From contig OX597835.1 in NCBI GenBank assembly GCA_951406725.2, positions 22,010,001-22,074,000 on the forward strand: DNA of 64,000 bases. The letters are read 5' to 3'. Under the pieces are notes generated by a model that had not been told where the DNA came from, did not search any database, and saw only the letters and a list, made by a program, of their open reading frames with translations. The translations under genes and the position numbers were made by a program. Within the stretch, counting starts at the first letter, position 1. Each line of letters starts with the position of its first letter. Below are positions 13,673-25,533 of the stretch, in pieces. The stretch comes from Octopus vulgaris (Eukaryota).

Positions 13673-15165
13673 TATTATTATTAATATTATTGAGTGAGAG
13701 AGCAGTGCATGCCATCAAAGTGACACTGGGGTAAAATATACAAAGCCCAGTATACCCATCATGACTACCTGTCTGATAAGGGTACACCAGGCACATGCAT
13801 CACAACCATGCGTGTGTGACATGGTGATCTCATATCAAGATAAACAGCACATATCCTTGCAGGTGGAGCCCATTTAAAGTAACCATTCCCGCTCAAAAGG
13901 TCCCTGAATAAGAGTTGTTTAAGGATGTTGAACGAAACACCCGTGTTCCCAGAGCTGAATTATCCAAACCTCAAAGAATCCCTCTCAACACATGGCTATG
14001 ATGCTCCCCCACTACTTCTGCTCGTGATCAGAGATGCACATATCGTCAGCCACTAAGGGACATGCTCAACTGGTTAAAGTCAAACAACTGACAAGCAAAT
14101 CTGTGGTATTGAGCAGAATATTTGCTGTAGCCCATCTTTTATACCAAGACAAAACAATGTACATTATAACACTTCCAATCAGTTTATTATTATTATTATC
14201 ATTATTATTACAGCTTAGTATATTCAATATTGTAATTTCTACTTTATTTCTTGTGTAGCACATTGGTTGTGATGTCGTTGTTGCTAGTGGTGGTGGTGGT
14301 GATATTGCTGCTGTTGTTGTTGTAGTTGTTGGTTTTAGTCATCAGCCAGCTGTGACTCAGCATTCCCTATAACCAGCCGCAATCTCTTATTCAGATGTCA
14401 AATATCTGGGACTGTATTATGCAATCTATCTTTCTTCCCATTCCCCCTCCTCTTTCACCTTCTATTCCTCCTCCTCTTCATCCTCCTTCTTTCTCCTACT
14501 CCTCTTCTTCCTCCTCTTCACAAGGGGCTACACTCAGAGTGGACAAACAAGGACAGAACAAATGGATTAAGTCAATTATATCGACCCCAGTGCATAACTG
14601 GTACTTATTTAATTGACCCCGAAAGGATGAAAGGGAAAGTCGACCTTGGTGAAATTTGAACTCAGAATGTAGCAGCAGAAGAAATACTGCTAAGCATTTC
14701 GCCTGGCATGCTAACAATTCTGCCAGCTCGCCTGCTTCTTTCAGTTTTTGCTTATCAAATCCGCCCACAAGGCTTTAGTCAGCCTGAGGCTATAGTAGAG
14801 GACACTTGCCCAAGGTGTCATGCAGTGGGACTGAACCAGGAACCATGTGGTTGGGAAGCAAGCTTCTTACCACACAGCCACGTTTGTGCCTATTCTTACC
14901 ACCCAGCTGGTGTTAGAACACCTACAATGCTACATGTTCTATATTTTCATTACTGGTGTCTTCAACTACTCTCTTTTACTCTTTTACTTGTTTCAGTCAT
15001 TTGACTGTGGCCATGCTGGAGCACCGCCTTTAGTCGAGCAAATCGACCCTGGGACTTATTTTTTGTAAGCCCAGTACTTATTCTATCGGTCTCTTTTGCC
15101 GAACCGCTAAGTGATGGGGACATAAACACACCAGCATCGGTTGTCAAGAAATGCAAGGGGGACAA

Positions 15166-15207
<42 letters not shown>

Positions 15208-15859
15208 GACAGGCTTCTTTCAGTTTCCGTCTACCAAATCCACTCACAAGGCATTGGTCGGCCCGGGGCTATAGCAGAAGACACTTGCCCAAGATGCCAC
15301 GCAGTGGGACTGAACCCGCAACCGTGTGGTTGGTTAGCAAGCTACTTACCACACAGCCACTCCTGCACCTATAATTGAATGAGAAACTTGGTAATAACAC
15401 TTTGGACCTGTTCTTTACCACCACTCCTAGAACTACAGCTGGATGCCCTTCCTAATGCCAACCACTCTGAGAGTGTAGTGGATGCCGTTTTTACGTGCCA
15501 CTGGCACAGGAGCCAATTTCCTGCCTACTACTCATTTCAGATCCCCAGTTTATCTTTTCACTTTTCATTCCTTCTAACTTCCTTCCCTCTACCCCATCTC
15601 TCTATCCTTCTCCTGAGCCTTCTCATTGTACCTTTGGAACACAAACACCACTATTTTCTTCCCTTTTTTTTTTTTTGGTTAGTTTTTGTCATGTAGTGTC
15701 CCACATTTTGAAATACTTGCAATTTGTATTTTTACTGCTTATTTTAGCTCTGCTTAATACATTTCCAAAATTAAACATTTTAATATGCAAAATATACTTC
15801 ATATTAGTATATATACTATGCATTAATGCAAAAAAATATTGTGCTTATTGGCTATCTTC

Positions 15860-16312
15860 AAAATGATCACACCATCAATGGAAAATTTCAATACCAACTT
15901 CCTAAGGCAGTTATGAAAGTCTATCAAGACCAAACACCCAGAAAAACTGTTTCATTAGGACAATGCTTCAGCACACAAGTCCTTGGTTTCAATGGCTGCT
16001 GTGTGTGACTGGCTTTGAACTGGTTGATCATCTTCCCTATGTTAGTGATTTGATTCCTTCTGGTTATCATCTGTTTCCCAACATAGAAAAACACTCAGCT
16101 GAGCACCAGTATCACTATGATGAGAACATCTTATCTGTTGTTGATGACCATTTTCATCAACAGAAAAGCTTCTTCACCAGTGCGATCCAAGCACTGCAAC
16201 TACTAATGGAAGTGTGTGGACAGTAAAAGGAACTATGTTAGAAAATGAACTTCATTTGGTCACATTCCATTGAGAGTGTCTTGCTCAGATTATGAATATT
16301 TCAGCCAACCCT
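15860..16312 (+). mobile_element. Decayed mariner transposase 3' fragment
   Basis: GFELVDHLPYVSDLIPSGYHLFPNIEKH resembles the mariner HPPYSPDLAPSDYHLF motif; the frame is broken. Confidence 0.75.
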
Positions 16313-17181
16313 CATAATAATAAAAATTATTATTATACCTGCATTTGTTTTAATGTTAACATTGGAAAAAATCCACATTTTTCATTAAAAAAATTAGTAC
16401 CTGGGTTTGCACTCCCTTAGCAAATTTTGTTGCTGGGCCACTGGACATGCTCAAGTGGTTAAGGTCAAGCAACTGACAAGCAAATCTGTGGTATTGAGCA
16501 GAATATTTGCTATAAAATGATATTTCTGCTTCAACTACTCAGCGCTGAATTTGTCTGAAATGTAATGGAATGTGTATATTTGTGTGTACTGGTTTTCTGG
16601 ATCACAGGTGACTCGTTAGTGTACCAGAAGGCGAGGTTCATTTTCTGACCGTTTATTTCTTATAAAATAGAAATTAAAAAAAAGTATGTTAAGTCGAAAA
16701 AGATGTTACTGGAAACTGCACATGTTCGGGTATGTCTGTATATAGAGTATTTAGTATAGAATGATCCTAAATTTTGGCCGAAGGCCAGTAATTTTAAGGG
16801 AGGGATATAATCGATTACTTCGACCCCTTGAAGTTGACTGATACTTTATTTTATCGGCAATATCAACTGATGAAAGGTAAAGCCGACCCCGGGCGGAATT
16901 TGAACTCAAAAAGTAATGAACCGGATGAAATAAGTATTCATGAAGAAGAAGTGGACCCGCGCTAATCATTAAGAAAAGTGAAAATAAAACAAATTTTCAA
17001 ATTGAAATAACATGTTGTTCAAAAGTAAACCATTCCGAAAGATGTTTTACAATCTTCTGAAAACATTCATTCCCCGTTTTTCCATATTTTTCTCTCCGAA
17101 GAAACTCATCTAGATGGGATTCCATCATATTTGCTTGTACTTCCATAACTCTTGAATCCTGTAACATTCAACTGAGTTATG

Positions 17182-17294
17182 GGTGAAGGTAAAAAATATG
17201 CATACCACCCGTTTTCGGTGTTTAGGGTTAGGTTTAAATTTAGGGTTAGGGTTACGCCGAAAACGGGGCAATGTGCGTACTCTTTACCTCTGCC
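17182..17294. mobile_element. 113-bp MITE with GG termini, 8-bp TSD and a TTAGGG core (Merlin-like)
   Basis: TSD GAGTTATG at 17174-17181 and 17295-17302; imperfect TIRs (GGTGAAGGTAAA...CCCGTTTTCGG / CCGAAAACGGG...TTTACCTCTGCC); centre TTAGGGTTAGG...TTAGGGTTAGGGTTA. Confidence 0.75.
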
Positions 17295-18032
17295 GAGTTA
17301 TGAATAACATTTTATTTCAATTTCAAAATCGTTTTATCTCCACGCTGTGAATAACTACCGCGGGTTCACCCTTCTTTATGAGTATCACGAAATATCGATT
17401 AAGTATTTTGTCCGAGCTCTAACGGTTCTGTCAATCTATCGTCCTTGTATAAGTATAAGGCAGCATTAAACGTATCATTTAATAATAAACGTATTTATAT
17501 AATACAGAGTACATGTCCTATACAGACAGTTTATAATATGTAATGTAAATTATATGTAGTATAACAGTGCATTCATTACATAATATTGAGTAGTTATTTT
17601 TAACAGCTGGTTAATTGCGAACCGGTGCGCCAGAAATGGCCATCAATTATTTTAATTAAGACGTAACGTATCTACGACTATATTACTCAATGTGTCAGTC
17701 CTTGGTTTTTTCAAGACGGTAGAACGTGCTTTGAGGGAGAGAAGTGGCTTCGATTGCTAGTAATTAGTGTTACAGTGTCTTACAGTTCGAATACATTTCC
17801 CCCTCATTGCTATAATTTAATGTTAGTGCCGTCGAACGTAACATATGGAAATACCCTGAAAATTATATCCATTACAAATAAACGTCAAATTAGCGTAGAT
17901 CTTTCGCAATCTGATTGTATTGACACTAAGAAAGAAAATTTCTAAAATACATTAAAAAATTGATAGATTTAAACATGTTCGGTTTATCAAGAAAGTAGGT
18001 TTATATAGATAATTTGGCAACTATTTGGGCAG

Positions 18033-18126
18033 GCCTCGGTAGCGCAGTAGGCAGCGCGTCAGTCTCATAATCCAAAGTTATCGTCGAGCCATCTGAAGGT
18101 CGTGAGTTCGATCCTCACCCGGGGCA
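18033..18126 (+). tRNA. Elongator tRNA-Met(CAT) with a 21-nt intron (18070-18090) between positions 37 and 38
   Basis: GCCTCGGTAGCGCAGTAGGCAGCGCGTCAGTCTCATA[ATCCAAAGTTATCGTCGAGCC]ATCTGAAGGTCGTGAGTTCGATCCTCACCCGGGGCA. Acceptor stem GCCTCGG/CCGGGGC, T-arm GTGAG/CTCAC with a TTCGATC loop, anticodon CAT at 18066-18068. The spliced sequence is nearly identical to the metazoan elongator tRNA-Met as recalled. Confidence 0.95.
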
Positions 18127-18128
18127 GA

Positions 18129-18134
18129 TTTTTT
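18129..18134 (+). terminator. RNA polymerase III oligo-T terminator of the tRNA-Met gene
   Basis: T6 run starting 3 nt after the discriminator base. Confidence 0.8.
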
Positions 18135-19420
18135 AATTTTTAGTTTCGTACTTTACGAAATGTCAATTTCTTTTTTAAATATGGTAACTTTATAAAAAGT
18201 TCTCAACATAATTTACGAACATATTAATTTGCTGTAGAATTTGGCACGAGGCCAACAATTTTAGATTGAAGCAGTTGGTCGATTTACATGGACCACGATT
18301 CTGAAATGGTATTTTATTTTAACGACCCCCGAAAGGTTTAAAGAATTTACCTACACAATTAATGAAATAATTTAATTATTACGAAATACCTAAAATTAAT
18401 TGATAACTATTGAGCAGTTACAGAGGAAGTGTTACGAAAAGCAATTAAAATACGTACACTCACAAATCACAACGGTAGAGGTTTACCAATATTCCCTGTA
18501 CTTATGCTATCGGTTCTTTGGTCGAACAGTTAAGAGGACATAAACAAAGCAACACAGGTTGTCAAGCGCTGGGGTACAGACACACACACACACACACGCA
18601 CAAAGTCTTATTTTACAAAACTGCTAACTTAATTGACTTAATTAAATAATATTGGGTAAATGAAAACAATAATATATTTAAAAAATTATCATTTTGAAAC
18701 CGTGACCTGTTCACGGACAAAAAACCGTGCAGCATATAATAAAAAAACTATAACAATTTATTTTAAACCCCTTTGTTACCAAATTTCAATTGAATTGAAC
18801 TGCCTTTGAATTAAGCAGGTTTTTGGAACATGAATCAACACGAAGTTTTGGCGGAAGACTTTGATTGAAGTCGAATCAAAACAAGAAGTTTGTATCAGAG
18901 AAGCAGAGGTGGTCTCAGGCGAGTTCGTTGCAAAAGGGTGTATATGTATTCGTTTCGGTCATTCAAGATAAGTCATGCTATTTTTAAACACTACCCGCTA
19001 TTGTGAATGTATCTGAATGATGGATATATATTTCTTTATTGCCCACAAGGGGCTAAACACGGAGGGGACAAACAAGGACAGACAAAGGGATTAAGCGGAT
19101 TGCATCGACCCCAGTGCGAAACTGGTACTTAATTTATTGACCCCGAAAGGATGAAAGGCAAAGTCGACCTCGGCGGAATTTGAACTCAGAATAGAGCCAC
19201 AGGCGAAATACGGCTACGCATTTCGGCCGGCGTGCTTACGTTTCTGCCGGCTCGCCGCGTATCTGAATGATGGATAGGAGGGCAGGAAGGGTCCTCTTAT
19301 TTGACGCCGCTTTTGTTCAAGATTACCATTACACACACATAACTCTCCCCGCCTGCATCTCTCTATATTTTTTGAAGAATATATATTTATTATTACGATT
19401 GCAGCGTAAAAGACACTAAA

Positions 19421-19849
19421 GGCGATCTTTCGTCTCTAGTAGACCTTTCCGTCGATTTCCGTAAAATTTTTTTTTTTTTTTACTTATGGGCTTGCGGGAA
19501 CTTTTGAAGTAATATACATACATATACACATACACCGAGTAAAAAATTTCAGTTATCTCTCTCTTTCACACATTACTCTCTCTGTCTCTTCACACATACT
19601 AACAGAAGCACTTCACTTACACAACATACTGTCTGTCTCCCACACCCCATCAAACACACACACACACACATGTACATCAATGCTTCCCATGCACGGTAAC
19701 TTCAAAAGAACTTCCCTTGTCATACAATCGCTTTCTCTTAGTCTCTTTCGCTCTCATTACTTCAAAAGTTCCCGCAAGCCCATATGTAAAAAAAAAATAA
19801 AAATTTTACGGAAATCGACGGAAAGGTCTACTAGAGACGAAAGATTGCC
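19421..19849. mobile_element. MITE with ~90-bp terminal inverted repeats
   Basis: GGCGATCTTTCGTCTCTAGTAGACCTTTCCGTCGATTTCCGTAAAATTTT...GGGCTTGCGGGAACTTTTGAAGTAAT is mirrored at ~19757-19849. No clear TSD. Confidence 0.8.
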
Positions 19850-20122
19850 AATTCACTTAAACATTAAACATTTATTGTTTGTAATAAGTTGTCGCAATTT
19901 TCATCACTGGAAACTGCGACCTGGTCACACACAAAGTTCCACAGCAGAGTTTCTGAATCCCTGTGTATTTTCCACTCTGCAATCGTTTTAGTTTCAACAC
20001 GAAAGGGATACCGATGGTATCTAGCAGGCCGAAACTTCGAAGTCACTTTCATCCCTCTTATTGTAAAAACGTAAGAACGTAACGATAAGCGTTTTCTTCA
20101 AACTTTCATGGTGACAATTCAA

Positions 20123-20587
20123 GGATTTTTTCGGTTTGAACGGCAGTTTTTTAAAATAATTTCCACGTAACTAAACACTTTTAAACTTCGTATACGGGTA
20201 GAATGTGTTTATAAAACATCTTTTTCTCTTAACTTTATTGAGAAAATTCTATTGTTTGTAAGATATTTGGGATCTTTTCATTTTGAAGGCCCTTCAAAAT
20301 GAAAAGATCCGATATTTGTTGGGTTTTTTTCTTCAATTTCTGCAATTTCAACCAATCAATGACGTCTATTGAGGTAAAAAAAAACATTCTGTGCCGTATG
20401 AATATGTCCCTCGTTTAAGAAACAGATTGGGTTTATTAACATTTCTGAAGAAAAAAAAAAGATACCCTTCCCCCAACCCCTAACCCTAAAACAGATTGAA
20501 ATGCAATAGATCGATACTAGGGTCATAATTATGGGTGACAATTTCATGACACCGCTAGAAAAACTGCCGTTCAAACCGAAAAGATCC
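20123..20587. mobile_element. MITE with ~28-bp TIRs (GGATyTTTTCGGTTTGAACGGCAGTTTT) and a near-perfect 8-bp TSD
   Basis: TIRs at both ends; flanks CAATTCAA / AAATTCAA; contains CCCTAACCCTAA near 20479. Confidence 0.8.
20270..20310. mobile_element. 41-bp perfect-palindrome mini-MITE nested in the 20123-20587 element
   Basis: GGATCTTTTCATTTTGAAGG-C-CCTTCAAAATGAAAAGATCC flanked by the exact TSD GATATTTG (20262-20269 and 20311-20318). Confidence 0.85.
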
Positions 20588-20689
20588 AAATTCAAAAGAA
20601 ACCCAGGCTCGGTTTGCCCGCTGATGATCGGAAACGAGTAAATCGGAGTTTTTCAGTTATAACGTGCGAGTATGTGTGCGCGCGCGCAC

Positions 20690-20748
20690 GTAGATGTGTG
20701 TATGTGTCTATGTGTGTATGCATGTATGTATGCATGTATGTATGTATG

Positions 20749-20782
<34 letters not shown>

Positions 20783-21160
20783 TGTATGCATGTATGTATG
20801 TATGTATATATGTGTCTATGTATGCATGTATGTATGTGTGTATGTATGTATGCATGTATATATGTATGTGTGTATGTATATATGTATGTGTGTATGTATG
20901 TGTGTATATGTATGTATGTATGTGTGTATATGTATGCATGCATGTATATATGTATGTATGTATGCATGTATATATGTATGTATGTATGTATGCATGTATG
21001 TATGCATGTATGTATGTGTATGTATTTTTTATGCATGTGCGTATGTATGTATGCATGTATATATGTATGTGTGTATGTATGTATGTGTATGTATGTATGT
21101 ATGTATGCATGTGCGTATGTATGTATGCATACATGTATGTATGTGCGTATGTATGTATGT
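20690..21160. repeat. Compound (TATG)n/(TG)n microsatellite ~450 bp upstream of the ANAPC1 start
   Basis: Seen directly; it produces the spurious overlapping YMCV/HTYI ORFs. Confidence 0.95.
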
Positions 21161-21604
21161 TTTTGAACGTAAAAGTAAGGGGTTAATAAGCCGGATATTT
21201 TTGGCAAGGTATAAAATTTGAAACCCTCACCGTTTAAATACATAAGTGGGGGAGAGAAGGTAAAAGAAATAATTGGAGAGAGATGGGAAGTAGAAAGAGG
21301 AATAAAAATAGAGATGGTGGGGATTGAGTTGAGAGAAGGAGGTAAGAAAGTAGCGCAAGAAAGAGAGGGTGTGGAAAGCAAAGAGAACAGGATAAGTAGA
21401 GAGGATGATAAAAGAGAAGGAAGCGATGACAAGGGAGATCACTCTCTGTTACCTAACATTGTCGCGGGAAATATTCCCTACAAAAAAAAGATTTATATTT
21501 TGTGCATCATTGAAACTTTCAATAAAATGCACGAAATTCTATCGGAAAACATTTTATTTATTTGAATTAAGTTTCCATCATCCATCACACTGGCTTCGGA
21601 GGAT

Positions 21605-21688
21605 ATGATAGCAGCCTGTGAAACCCAGGATTTTGTACCCTTTGGGAGGGAATATATCCATTTGCATCCCGGCAAGTTCGAAATACAG
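21605..21688 (+). CDS. ANAPC1: ANAPC1 (APC/C subunit 1) coding exon 1
   Basis: MIAACETQDFVPFGREYIHLHPGKFEIQ resembles the APC1 N-terminus (vertebrate MIAARDLQEFVPFGR as recalled). The phase-0 donor CAG|GTTATA matches the phase-0 acceptor at 23553. Confidence 0.85.
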
Positions 21689-22789
21689 GTTATAGAAGAT
21701 TTCCTTATGCTTTCGGTTTTATATGAAATATTTGTGATTTTTTTTATAAAAAAAACTTCATATTTATTCAGTATTTTAAAATTAGATTTTTTTTACCTTT
21801 TTTCATTATGTAACAAATTGTACATTTTCAATTGAAGTTAAACAGTGTGAAATTTTTGAATAGCTAACATGTGCCTTCCACGTTGTAACCGTTTTTAGTT
21901 TCGACACAGATCGAATCACTTGCCTGGTTAGTACATCTCCGAAATATACATAGGCCTATATATATATTTAACACTTACTGGGTATGGTTTTTGAATATAC
22001 AACGCCAGAAAACCAAAGTTTTTCTTTCTTCACAAGAGAGAAAAATACTGTTGAATGACCCAAAGTCAACATACATCAGTCCAGTCGACATGCATTTTTA
22101 AAGGATAATTTATTTTCATTATTTCACGTCGGTAAACTACATGTTAATCTGAAATCCCAGGAGCCCTGTCCACTTAAGTTGTAGTTTACTTCACCGTAGT
22201 GAACATGTTTAGCTCTCAACAAACCGATCTAGCTGAGTATCTACCAGTGTAGGTTACTTCACTGTCAACCGCCAACGACTCAGTCCACCTTGTTGTGGGA
22301 GCATACCCACATGAGGACATAAAGTCGGTGGGTAGGTACCACAGTGTACCAAATTTTGGTGCGTGATTTAAGGTCTATTTAGCTGTTACTTTTAGCTTAT
22401 CCGATACCCTCCTCATTTGCCAGTCATTCTGGCGTATTGGTGTTTGTGGATATCTTTCTCTCCAGTCCAAAAATTCGGACTGCCAGTATTTTAAAGTCTT
22501 GTAAATTCCCGTGTGTAAAATACAAATTTGCAAAATTATTCTGGCAATTCCAAACATTAAAAAAAAGTTATGATGGGGGTTATATGGTGTGTGCTGTTCG
22601 CTAGTAGTACCTGGTGTGCTTTACGTAGAATTCCTCCGTGGTACCAATTTACAACGTCGATTTGTGTTCAGAAATAACTAATTTTGAAAAAATATGGCCC
22701 AAAGGAACGACGGAAAAAAACCCCAAAAAAACAGGAAACACAGTAGACGCGGACATGTTCCTCCTTGTTTAGTTATCTTCCGAATATCT

Positions 22790-23174
22790 GGATGGAAGCA
22801 CTCCGTCGGTTACGACGACGAGGGTTCCGGTTGATCCGATCAACGGAACAGCCTGCTCGTGAAATTAACGTGTAAGTGGCTGAGCACTCCACAGAACGTG
22901 TACCCTTAACGTAGCTCTCGGGGATATTCAGCGTAACACAGAGAGTGACAAGGCCGGCCCTTTGAAATACAGGTACAACAGAAACAGGAAGAAAGAGTGA
23001 GAGAAAGTTGTGGTGAAAGAGTACAGCAGGGATCACCACCATCCCCTGCCGGAGCCTGGTGAAGCTTTAGGTGTTTTCACTCAATAAACACTCACAACGC
23101 CCGGTCTGGGAATCGAAACTGATCCTACGACCGCGAATCCGCTGCCCTAACCACTGGGCCATTGCGCCTCCACA
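22790..23174 (-). mobile_element. Full-length tRNA-derived SINE (family C) in ANAPC1 intron 1 with a 10-bp TSD
   Basis: Head GTGGAGGCGCAATGGCCCAGTGGTTAGGGCAGCGG; TSD CCGAATATCT at 22780-22789 and 23175-23184. Confidence 0.85.
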
Positions 23175-23552
23175 CCGAATATCTAAAGAGTGATGACAAG
23201 ACACTCGATAATATTGTTTAGTCTGGCGATGTCAGCAATATAAGCTGCCGGTGTATGAGTTGACATCATGCGATGGTTGTCAATAAGTATCGTAGTCATG
23301 CAAGTGAGGGTATTCATTTCTAGTCTCCTGTGAAAAACGTACCCGACTATGGGGTGGGGGGATGCTACCTTGGTTGGAAACAGGTAAGGATTGCAAGAAG
23401 GGCATCTGGCTGTAGAATATCTCCCTCGACAAATTTCGTCTGACTCATGCAAGCGTAGAAAAGTAGACGTTAAAATGATGGTGATGCAGTATAGGCTGTT
23501 GAATAGTTAGCTTGTATTCATTCACTAAATACTCATTCTTTGACATTTCCAG

Positions 23553-23865
23553 GTACAACGAAGTCATCATGCTGATCATGGATTGCCATTGCTTCGCTCG
23601 TTCCGTGACATCTCCATCAGTGAACAGAGCCCCAAAGAACAATGGTATCTACATTGCAAACCAGATTCGAACTGTGTTGGTGCAGTGGAAGAAGAGCTGT
23701 ATGTGTCTGGGAATACAGTTGTCTGGAGTGTCGGCACCCGACAAGAATCTAGGCGGGTACTGAAGACCTTCACTGTTGAATCGCCAGTCATTCAAGCCAT
23801 GTACTGCAGCTTCTTGCTCTCCTATAACACCGAGATTCCAGAACAAATAGATTTAGACATTCCTG
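23553..23865 (+). CDS. ANAPC1: ANAPC1 coding exon 2
   Basis: Acceptor tttccag|GTA. Encodes VQRSHHADHGLPLLRSFRD...EEELYVSGNTVVWSVG...KTFTVESPVIQAMYCSF, matching the APC1 motif EELYVxGNxVIWS..FTVDSPV. Phase-1 donor CCTG|GTGAGT; 313 nt. Confidence 0.92.
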
Positions 23866-25191
23866 GTGAGTTGTCAATATTTTCTGAGATTTTGTATTTG
23901 TTTTAATGAAGGCACTCTTCTTTGCGCTTTTTCCAGTAATTTCTAAAAGCTTTCCAGGTTTTCATGTTTTTAATTGCCTTATCTACCATACTACTGGCCA
24001 CTAGGATAGCTGGTCCCTCTGTTGGGTTCACACGAAGGGGACTCCCTTTATCCAGTTCATTCTCTACATTCAACAGTCTCACATATTAACTTTTCTTTCT
24101 AGCGCGGTGGCCAATGCCAGTGCCGCCTTGACTAGCTTCCGTGCCGGTGGCACATAAAAAGCACCGACCGATCATGGCCGTTACCAGCCTCCCCTGACAT
24201 GTAAAAAGCACCCACTACTCTCACAGAGTGGTTGGCATTAGGAAGGGCATCCAGCCGTAGAAACATTGCCAGATCAGACTGGGCCTGGTGCAGCCTTCTG
24301 GCTTCCCAGACCCCAGTTGAATACACACCAATACACTGTCTAACAACCCAGAACACTTCAAGTCTCAGATCTTCATGCCGTAGGACATTGGCAAACCTCT
24401 TCTTTTTTGCTTCCACCCTAGCTACATAAACCTAACATCCCTTTTAGTGTTCTGATATGATTCTTTGCTACTCCCTCTTTTCTGTTCTTTCCGGACTCGT
24501 CTCTTCTTTTTTATGGCCCTTTCAATATCACTGTTCCACTACTATATCACCCTTGGTCTGACAGAGGCTTTGCTCCAACCACAGATTCGGTCTGTTGCCC
24601 TTAGTAGATTGTCCTGCAGGAACTTGCAGTTGTCCTCTACATCATATGTTTCTTATATCTTCCTCCTCCTCATCGAAGGCCTCATTACAGACATCTCTAA
24701 ATCTCTGCCCATTTGAAGGATCCTTCAGCTTCCACCTCATCCCATGTCTTCCTGGATCTCCCTCTACCCTGGATTCTTTCCATTGTTTGGGAGTGGCACT
24801 TCTTCACACAGCTCTCCTCGTCCATCCGTAGTGTCTCACCCATGGAACACAGACGTTAAATGATGATAATGATTGTTATTGTCAGAAGTAATGCATGGTT
24901 CACTCATGCTGACCATTCACCTATTCATTATGTGCAGGTCTGTGCCTCATTTTATTCTTTAGGAACACAGATGTTTATGCAAGGAAAAGGCCATGGGTGT
25001 TGCTGACAGAATGCAAATAACCTGGTCATTAACTGCTAGGCATCTCACCTGCCTCTTTAACAGTTCAGCTGATCCGTTCTCTTAGATTAGCATTTTTTAT
25101 GTGTTGTTGTTTCCATGACTTACATCATGTGATAGTTGTAAGCAAGGCCTCTCACACATACCCTACAATATCCCTCTAAAAATGAGCAATT

Positions 25192-25533
25192 GGTGACCCC
25201 CTTCGGTCAGACACTGACCATGGGTTTGCACCTAGAGAGTTACCCTCTGAGGCACAAGTCTGGGCAAGGTTGTTTTTATGGAAGACCAGCAGTCGCCCAT
25301 GCATACCGGCCTCCCCTCTCCACGTCACCGATGTTGTCCAAGGGAAAGGCAAAGGGGCCGATACAGCTCGGCACCTGTGACGTCGCAACTCATTTCTACA
25401 GCTGAGTGAACTGGAGCAACGTGAAATAAAGTGTCTTGCTCAAGAACACAACACGCAGCCCGGTCCGGGATTCGAGCTCACAACCTCACGATCGTAAGCT
25501 CGATGCTCTAACCACTGAGCCACGCGCCTTCAC
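25192..25533 (-). mobile_element. Full-length tRNA-derived SINE (family D) in ANAPC1 intron 2 with a 15-bp TSD, inserted into an older TTAA-type MITE; other copies at ~1160-1497(-), 34637-34942(-)
   Basis: Head GTGAAGGCGCGTGGCTCAGTGGTTAGAGC..GAGCTCGAATCCC; TSD TAAAAATGAGCAATT at 25177-25191 and 25534-25548. Confidence 0.85.

Noticed and set aside
20611-20646. CTGATGA-TCG-GAAACGAGTA hammerhead-like string
   Set aside because: Only 3 nt where stem II should be and no adjacent stem I pairing. It folds better as a simple hairpin.
20592-21432. Long overlapping ORFs rich in Y/I/H/T/M/C/V (also 45624-46906 and similar)
   Set aside because: Translations of (TATG)n, (TA)n and (CA)n microsatellites.
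21671-21677. GC-type donor (G|GCAAGT) in ANAPC1 exon 1
   Set aside because: It would be phase 1, incompatible with the phase-0 acceptor at 23553. The GT donor at 21689 keeps the frame.
22130-22350. Unique, moderately structured stretch in ANAPC1 intron 1 (GTAAACTAC...GTAGTTTAC stem) as a possible snoRNA or other ncRNA
   Set aside because: No convincing C/D or H/ACA boxes or other known family motifs could be identified by eye.
25455-25533. tRNA-like sequence (also ~23100-23173 and other SINE heads)
   Set aside because: These are heads of tRNA-derived SINEs with bodies and TSDs, not stand-alone tRNA genes.
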